A DNA stretch of 44,397 nt, from positions 1 through 44,397 of the forward strand of contig JBHIFL010000036.1 in assembly GCA_046761065.1 (NCBI GenBank), read 5' to 3'. This DNA comes from Candidatus Heimdallarchaeota archaeon. Its GTDB lineage: Archaea; Asgardarchaeota; Wukongarchaeia; Wukongarchaeales; JBHIFL01. Shown here piece after piece: positions 38,539 to 44,397 of the stretch. Within the stretch, counting starts at the first letter, position 1. Every line of letters begins with the position of its first letter. Both the position numbers and the translations under genes were made by a program. Below the pieces are notes generated by a model. The model saw only the letters and a list, made by a program, of their open reading frames with translations. It was not told where the DNA came from and made no database searches.

Positions 38539-39879
38539 TTGGAAAAAGAATCATTAATTGAGTATTTAGAAACTGCATCGCTCTCAAGATTCCACTATGG
38601 CATATTGACAATTTGTTCTCTGGCATATGCCCTTACAGGAATGGGTGTGATGCTGATATCGATTCTATTGACACCCATTAAGAATGAATGGGGTCTTAGT
38701 CTCATAACAACTGGACTGTTGGCAAGTGTTGGATACGTTGGTATGTTTTTTGGGGCCATCGGGTGTGGATTCCTTGCAGATCTTATAGGACGTAAGAAGA
38801 CCCTCCTCTTTACAATTATAATTTCTTCCATTTTTACTGGTCTTTGCGCTGTGGCATGGGATGTGCCTTCCTTGGCGGTTTTACGTTTTTTTGCAGGAAT
38901 AGGTTTAGGAGGGGCTTTACCTCAACCCGGGGTATACATCTCAGAATATACTCCTGCAAATTATAGGGGGAGATTTTTAGGAATTACTGAAACATCATGG
39001 GTTTATGGAGTTTTACTCGGTTTGTTTTCTGGTTGGTTGCTTGTTGAACCATTTGGATGGCGTGCAGTCTTCTTAATAGGTTTTGTTGCTCTTGCACTCG
39101 TCCCATTAATTGTGTGGCTTATTCCAGAATCGATTCGTTACTTGGAGGACAAAGGAAAGATTGGAGCGGCGGTAGAAATTCTTCAAATGCATGGACTTGT
39201 AACTATTCCAGATGCCGACAAAAAATTGAGGAAAAGAGCGGTTGAAAAAGAAAAAAGTAGATTGGTGGTCAAGGATGCTTTGAAAGAACTTTGGTCATCC
39301 CTCTACTGGAAGAGGACAGCTGTACTTTGGATTCTTTGGGTTGCCTTGGTTTACACATATCATGGGATCTTCATTTGGTTGCCTTCGATATATGTAAAGT
39401 TGGGGTTTGCAGAAGTGCGAGCAATATGGTTTACTTTGGTAGTGACATTACTCCAAATACCAGGATACTACAGCGCCACCTTCTTTCTTGATCGTTTTGG
39501 AAGAAAACCGGTTTTAATAAGTTATCTTATCTTAGCAGGAGTTGGCAGCTATTTACTTGGATATGCCGGAGACATATCCTCTATTCTTATTTGGAGTTGC
39601 GTAATCTCCTTCTTCAACCTCGGTGCATGGGCTGGTCTCTATACATATACTCCAGAACTCTATCCTACATGGATGAGGGGTTCCGGTTCAGGGATAGCCG
39701 CTAGCCTTGGTCGGTTTGCAGGCATATTTGCTCCAACAGTCACACCATTTCTGTGGGAGCGTGTGGGACTCTGGTTACCTTTTCTAGTCTTCGCATTGGT
39801 TCATGGTATAGCTGCGTTGTCTGTTGCTATTCTAGGAATAGAAACGAAGGGTAAAACTCTAGAAGAAATAACTAAGTAG
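38539..39879 (+). CDS. MFS transporter (SV2/NiaP-like)
   Basis: 12 TMs, motif A ADLIGRKK, RFFAGIGLGG, SEYTPANYRG, PESIRYL, DRFGRK, YTPELYPT..RG, ETKGKTLEEI. Confidence 0.93.
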   Translation: MEKESLIEYLETASLSRFHYGILTICSLAYALTGMGVMLISILLTPIKNEWGLSLITTGLLASVGYVGMFFGAIGCGFLADLIGRKKTLLFTIIISSIFTGLCAVAWDVPSLAVLRFFAGIGLGGALPQPGVYISEYTPANYRGRFLGITETSWVYGVLLGLFSGWLLVEPFGWRAVFLIGFVALALVPLIVWLIPESIRYLEDKGKIGAAVEILQMHGLVTIPDADKKLRKRAVEKEKSRLVVKDALKELWSSLYWKRTAVLWILWVALVYTYHGIFIWLPSIYVKLGFAEVRAIWFTLVVTLLQIPGYYSATFFLDRFGRKPVLISYLILAGVGSYLLGYAGDISSILIWSCVISFFNLGAWAGLYTYTPELYPTWMRGSGSGIAASLGRFAGIFAPTVTPFLWERVGLWLPFLVFALVHGIAALSVAILGIETKGKTLEEITK

Positions 39880-39933
39880 TATATTATAAAAAAATTCCGA
39901 GCGTAGAAGTTATAATGTTACCGCATCATGTTC

Positions 39934-41319
39934 TTAAAAATGATGCTTTTTACTTAATTTAAAGCGATAGAGACCCACGATTAATATCAAACAATAAACA
40001 ATTACGAACAAAGTGTTCTGGAACTCTAGAAGAGATATTGGGTTGGGAATTTCAATTAATATGATTATCCCACCATTTATAGTGATATTAAACGTGAGAG
40101 TGGACCCCATTAGTTGAAAGTCTAGAGGTTTGGAGCCGGAGGGTTCGATGAGGGAAACTGACACCACACCTGGTGCTTGAAGCGTAAGCGTGATATTACC
40201 AAGAACCCACTCTGTATCGGTTCCATTCCAATAATAATCATGATTAGCAAGAAACAAAACCGTCTGGTTACCTCTTTTGGCATAGGCGGCTTCGATCTTT
40301 TCATCTATTGGAAAGATGTGTATATCATTCTCTCGTCCCATAAGAACGGGAGCCACCTGTGAAATCCGACGAAGAACCCGACCCAGAGCGTCCCATGAAG
40401 TCGGAAATTTATACGCCCCGAAACCCATCTGTTCAATTTGCCCAAAGGCGAACCAGAGAAGCCCTTCAACACCCCGTTGTAAAGCCAGAACACTATCCAT
40501 CATATATTCTGGTTCGCTAGGGATATCGAAACTATACCCTTTCTGCGATTGAGAGAAGTCTTGGGCAGTCAGGACGGCCCACACTTTTGCCCGTCCTGCA
40601 TTGTACTGGAGAATAGTATCCACCCAGTCAGTGACAATACTATGATTAGTAGAGGGCATGTTGGGGTAGGGATCCACACTTATAATATCAACAAAATCTG
40701 GCACCGAAGCATATGATTTCTCCCACAAGGATTCATTAATCGTTTGGAGGGAGAATTGAACAAAAGTTGGCCGATCATCTATTTTGCGAATCGTTTCTAC
40801 TGCATCCCGAATCATATTTTCATCAATGAGTGTTCCATTAGTACTGAGACCGGGTTCATCCACAATATACCAAGCGTAAATAGACGGATGATCTACAACC
40901 CTTAAAACAAGATCCATAAGCTCATCCATTGCATTCTCTCGGAGAAAAAAGGATGTTTCAAAGAGCACCTTCATTCCCAGAACATCACAGGTATACAGCA
41001 TTTCTTCAATGTTTAACTCTTCAAAATCTTCTGGCTCTGCATACCCAAATATGACTGTATTGAACCGATTCATCCAGCTTTCCCAGATTTCTGTCGAGTT
41101 ATGGACTCCATAGATCCCAAGAGGGAAGAATGGATAGAAAGGAGGAGAATAATTCGTTTCACGTTTCGTTTCTAGTGAATCACCTTTAGGATTATTGAAT
41201 TGCGAGTCTGTTTTACTATTCGTTGGAAAAAGGAGGAGTATAAAAAGAATACAAATGATAAAGCTCTCTTGAAATGTATATTCCTTTTTCATTATATAGT
41301 TCCTGCACATGTAACCCAT
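39934..41319 (-). CDS. Secreted, C-terminally anchored glycoside-hydrolase-like TIM-barrel protein
   Basis: Signal-like N-terminus, FFPLGIY, HPSIYAWYIVDEP, DIISVDPYP, GVEGLLWF, C-terminal TM plus basic tail. Confidence 0.7.
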   Translation of the reverse strand: MGYMCRNYIMKKEYTFQESFIICILFILLLFPTNSKTDSQFNNPKGDSLETKRETNYSPPFYPFFPLGIYGVHNSTEIWESWMNRFNTVIFGYAEPEDFEELNIEEMLYTCDVLGMKVLFETSFFLRENAMDELMDLVLRVVDHPSIYAWYIVDEPGLSTNGTLIDENMIRDAVETIRKIDDRPTFVQFSLQTINESLWEKSYASVPDFVDIISVDPYPNMPSTNHSIVTDWVDTILQYNAGRAKVWAVLTAQDFSQSQKGYSFDIPSEPEYMMDSVLALQRGVEGLLWFAFGQIEQMGFGAYKFPTSWDALGRVLRRISQVAPVLMGRENDIHIFPIDEKIEAAYAKRGNQTVLFLANHDYYWNGTDTEWVLGNITLTLQAPGVVSVSLIEPSGSKPLDFQLMGSTLTFNITINGGIIILIEIPNPISLLEFQNTLFVIVYCLILIVGLYRFKLSKKHHF

Positions 41320-42142
41320 ATTTTGATAATAATTGGCAAGTGCTTTCTTCTACTAGTAATAAAATTGGTAGCAGGCTTAACTAAGTTAGAAAGAAGGGTG
41401 ATATAAAAGGGAAGTATTTCCAACAATTTAGGATCTCAGTGTTTGTAGAAGAACCTCTAACTCACTCAAAGTATTGGACAGGGCCTGTTGGAGATTTTCT
41501 AACGTTTTTGAGAGGTTTTGACAGATTTGTTTTAACTGTTCAGGATCTATAGGCATATTATCACCTTTGAAAAGAAATATGACAATTTTTGATCAATTTA
41601 TCATTTTTCTCATCATATGATGTTGCTTATGAGGTATATCGAATTGCAGAGTTTGAATAATATATATTTTGTAGATCTGTAACATTATACTTTTCTGACG
41701 TTTGTTCCTTAAACAATTCTACATTTGAATATAGCGTTTTGAAGAGCAGCTTTAAAACCGATTGTGAAAAAGTGAATAGGCATCCAGATAAAGAATCCAT
41801 AGAAAAGCCTTTTAGATACGCAGAAGAAAATAAATGACATGAATAAAAAGAATGGGAGAAGATTTGTAATATGAAATATGTTCAATGGAGCCATATAGAG
41901 TGGATTCATCTTTTGTATAACTTATAGAATTCAGGAACGAAAAGGCATGTGTGTTCTATTAATAATCCAATCTTTTATCGCTTTCATCAACAGAGTGGTT
42001 TGAGCAGATATGCGATACTAAAAAAATGAAATATTAGATCAAGATAAATCGAATACTTTTTGTAGCCAACACCCCCAAAATAAATCAATAAAAATTACTG
42101 GATTTTATACATACTGGATGCAAGAAAACATTGGTGGCAAGT

Positions 42143-42868
42143 ATGGCACTTAAAAAAGATCATGCAGGTGTTATAACTGTAAAAGTCGTTTTTTGGGGTC
42201 CAACCCTTGCAGGAAAAACTACCGCATTGACGATCTATAAAGTCCTTAAAAGTCTAGAAGACCCAGCCAACGTGTATAAATTCCTAAAACTTGAGGATCC
42301 CACTGGACGAACGCTTTTTTTCGATCAAGCAATCTTTGGATTAGGCAGAAATCCTACTTCCGGAATGCCATTTCTCAAGTATCATGTCTTTACCGTGCCA
42401 GGGCAAATGCGACATAAAGCCCAACGCAAAGTTGTTTTGGAAGGTGTTCAAGGATTAGTAATTGTCATTGACTCCGACCGTGACCGGTGGGAGGAGAACA
42501 AGGAAGCCCTTATTGAGTTAAATGATTTAATTGGTGAAAAGATTGCTCAAAATATGCTTCCTTACGTATTAATGCTAAATAAAATGGATCTCCCCGAATC
42601 TGAACGGATTAGCCCCCAAGAGGTAAGTAAACTGCTGGTAGAAGCAGGAATGCATGGGACATTACGTGATGCGCATGCTCGTATTATCACGACAAGCTGT
42701 CTAAAAGCCAGAGATGAGCTTAAAGATTTGTTTCAAAACAAATCTGAAGATGAACTCAAAGATAAAGATGGACGTTTAAAAAGAGAACTTCGTCCTCAAA
42801 GCGTGCAACGAATTGTGAAACCTGTAGAACAAGTTGTTCGAGAAATCGTGGTAAAACATCTTACATGA
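42143..42868 (+). CDS. MglA-like small GTPase
   Basis: VKVVFWGPTLAGKTT, RTLFFD, TVPGQ (MglA-type G3), RKVVLEG, NKMDLP. Confidence 0.88.
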   Translation: MALKKDHAGVITVKVVFWGPTLAGKTTALTIYKVLKSLEDPANVYKFLKLEDPTGRTLFFDQAIFGLGRNPTSGMPFLKYHVFTVPGQMRHKAQRKVVLEGVQGLVIVIDSDRDRWEENKEALIELNDLIGEKIAQNMLPYVLMLNKMDLPESERISPQEVSKLLVEAGMHGTLRDAHARIITTSCLKARDELKDLFQNKSEDELKDKDGRLKRELRPQSVQRIVKPVEQVVREIVVKHLT

Positions 42869-43193
42869 ATTGTCGAATTTTGTGATCGCTTCGATTTTAC
42901 CTCTCTCTACCCTCGACTCATGTCGAAAAGAGAAAAGCTGCTCGAACAAGTCGTCCACCGCCTCGTCTATCAGCTCTATGCCGTCATTTACCATTCAAAA
43001 GAATTACTACTTCACCTTCCCTGCTTCAGCACTCCCTCACAGACCAGTTAAGTGCGTATCTTGGTCCTATCGAAACAGAAGATCAGCGGAATATATATGA
43101 ACTATTTGTTGTGAGTCCCGTACGACATGACATGTACTCGACGGTGTAGACGCTAACCCTGCTCCCCGGGACTTTCGTGCACAAAAAAGCGAA

Positions 43194-43703
43194 TTACTTG
43201 CCCAACATCATACGTGAAAGAGTCAAAAACATCTGGTCGACACCTACTCCTGTCTTAGCAGATGTCTCGATGTATTGATGGTTTTTTTCCTTTGCATAGG
43301 TTTCAGCTTGTTCTCGAAGGACTTCCCTTTGATCGGTTAAATCAATTTTATTCCCTACAAGAATGAGAGGAATTGCACCAACATGGATGTAAATTTCATT
43401 AAGCCAGCCATCTAATGCCTCGAAGCTGGCCTTAGAGGTGATATCATAGCAAACAATTGCGCCATTGGCCCCGCGATAATAGTATGGACGCAAACGGCCA
43501 AGGAGTTCTTGACCTCCGGTGTCGAACAGTACTAATTTAATGGTTTGCTCTTGAATCTTGATAACTTTTGTTGCAAAGTCGACTCCCAAGGTAGGAATAT
43601 AGGTTTCACGAAATGTTCCTTCAGCAAAACGCTTGATAAGAGATGTTTTCCCGACACTTCCTGAACCAACGGATATCGTTTTAAATAAGTATTCAACACT
43701 CAA
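43194..43703 (-). CDS. Rab-like small GTPase
   Basis: YLFK, GSGSVGKTS, PTLGVDF, DTGGQE, YYRGANGA, GNKID, ETSAK. The start is likely TTG 43703, which avoids overlap with the upstream gene; the ORF track start is 43793. Confidence 0.92.
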   Translation of the reverse strand: MSVEYLFKTISVGSGSVGKTSLIKRFAEGTFRETYIPTLGVDFATKVIKIQEQTIKLVLFDTGGQELLGRLRPYYYRGANGAIVCYDITSKASFEALDGWLNEIYIHVGAIPLILVGNKIDLTDQREVLREQAETYAKEKNHQYIETSAKTGVGVDQMFLTLSRMMLGK

Positions 43704-43728
43704 TTTTGAACCACTCGGATAAGATTTG

Positions 43729-44397
43729 TTAGGGTTGGAGCTCTTGAATCTCTTTTCGCATAGCATGCAATAGATTATTTCGTCCTTCTTCATTTCCTAT
43801 GGAAGTTTTATCATCCTTTATGTTATGTTGACTACCTTTTCTTAAAAATTCAACTGCTTGTATTTTACCGTTTTTTACCAGTAAGCGAACCAGATAACCT
43901 TCAACAGGATGAGAACCGTCTGACAACTCTTTCTGGAGTTCAAGTCTTTCTTCCTTGACACCTAAAAGTTGTACTTCTTTTCTCACAATCGTGTAAAGCA
44001 TATTCTCGGATATAATAAATTCACGTATATAGCCAAATGGAACGCTGAATTCTTTTAGTACCTCCTCAAGAGTTTTGTTAATAACCGTTGTGATTTTCTC
44101 AGTGGCTTTATCCTTTATTTTTTCCTTTTTAGCTTCGATATATTCATTAGGAGGCATTTCGGGCATAATATGTGGTTCTTGTGGGGTTTTGGGTGTTTCA
44201 ATTACAGGTTCGCTTTCAATAACTTCGGCTTCGGTGATTTGATGATGTTCTACCTCTGTGAAAGGTGGAAATTTCATGGCAGATAGAAGTTCTTCTGCTT
44301 CTTCAAATGAAAGCCCATGTTGAGTTTTTGATTCTGGCGTTACTACCTCCTCCTCCCCAACCGCTACCTCCTCCTCCTCAACCGCTACCTCCTCCTC
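43729..44397 (-). CDS. Hypothetical acidic protein, 5'-truncated by the window edge
   Basis: The frame is open from 44397 (EEEVAVEEEEVAVGEEEVV...) through the ORF-track segment 43729-44277. Confidence 0.65.
   Translation of the reverse strand, partial: EEEVAVEEEEVAVGEEEVVTPESKTQHGLSFEEAEELLSAMKFPPFTEVEHHQITEAEVIESEPVIETPKTPQEPHIMPEMPPNEYIEAKKEKIKDKATEKITTVINKTLEEVLKEFSVPFGYIREFIISENMLYTIVRKEVQLLGVKEERLELQKELSDGSHPVEGYLVRLLVKNGKIQAVEFLRKGSQHNIKDDKTSIGNEEGRNNLLHAMRKEIQELQP
44344..44397. repeat. 21-bp coding tandem repeat (EEEEVAV units)
   Basis: CAACCGCTACCTCCTCCTC repeated with a 21-bp period up to the window end. Confidence 0.75.

Noticed and set aside
41709-41909. 66-aa hydrophobic ORF
   Set aside because: AT-rich, Phe-rich composition typical of spurious ORFs; no supporting signal.
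42776-43180. Small ORFs and an AGTCCCG/CGGGACT stem between the two GTPases
   Set aside because: The ORFs overlap the MglA-like gene or lack motifs, and a single stem is insufficient to call an RNA.

Overview
Archaeal genomic window, most likely from an Asgard archaeon (inference from a Rab-like GTPase, an MglA-like GTPase, a roadblock/LC7 protein, a JAB protein and a TrmB protein with a long coiled coil). AT-rich housekeeping regions flank a visibly GC-richer island at about 11.3-25.6 kb. The island carries two divergent operons. Leftward: a 1473-aa protein with a C-terminal divergent Cas1 integrase domain, a YprA/Hrq1-like DUF1998 helicase, a calcineurin-like phosphoesterase and a membrane-anchored orphan. 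Rightward: a PD-(D/E)XK-Cas7 fusion with a SAP insert, a Cas5-like RAMP fused to a permuted HD nuclease, and an XPD/DinG helicase. I found no canonical CRISPR array, cas2 or cas6. Instead, two 189-bp, about 83%-identical copies of a candidate structured RNA with compensatory base changes bracket the Cas7/Cas5 genes. A tandem-duplicated promoter precedes them, and a helically phased array of seven palindromic 15-17-bp repeats lies downstream of the Cas1 operon. All domain calls come from motif reading by eye, with no database searches.
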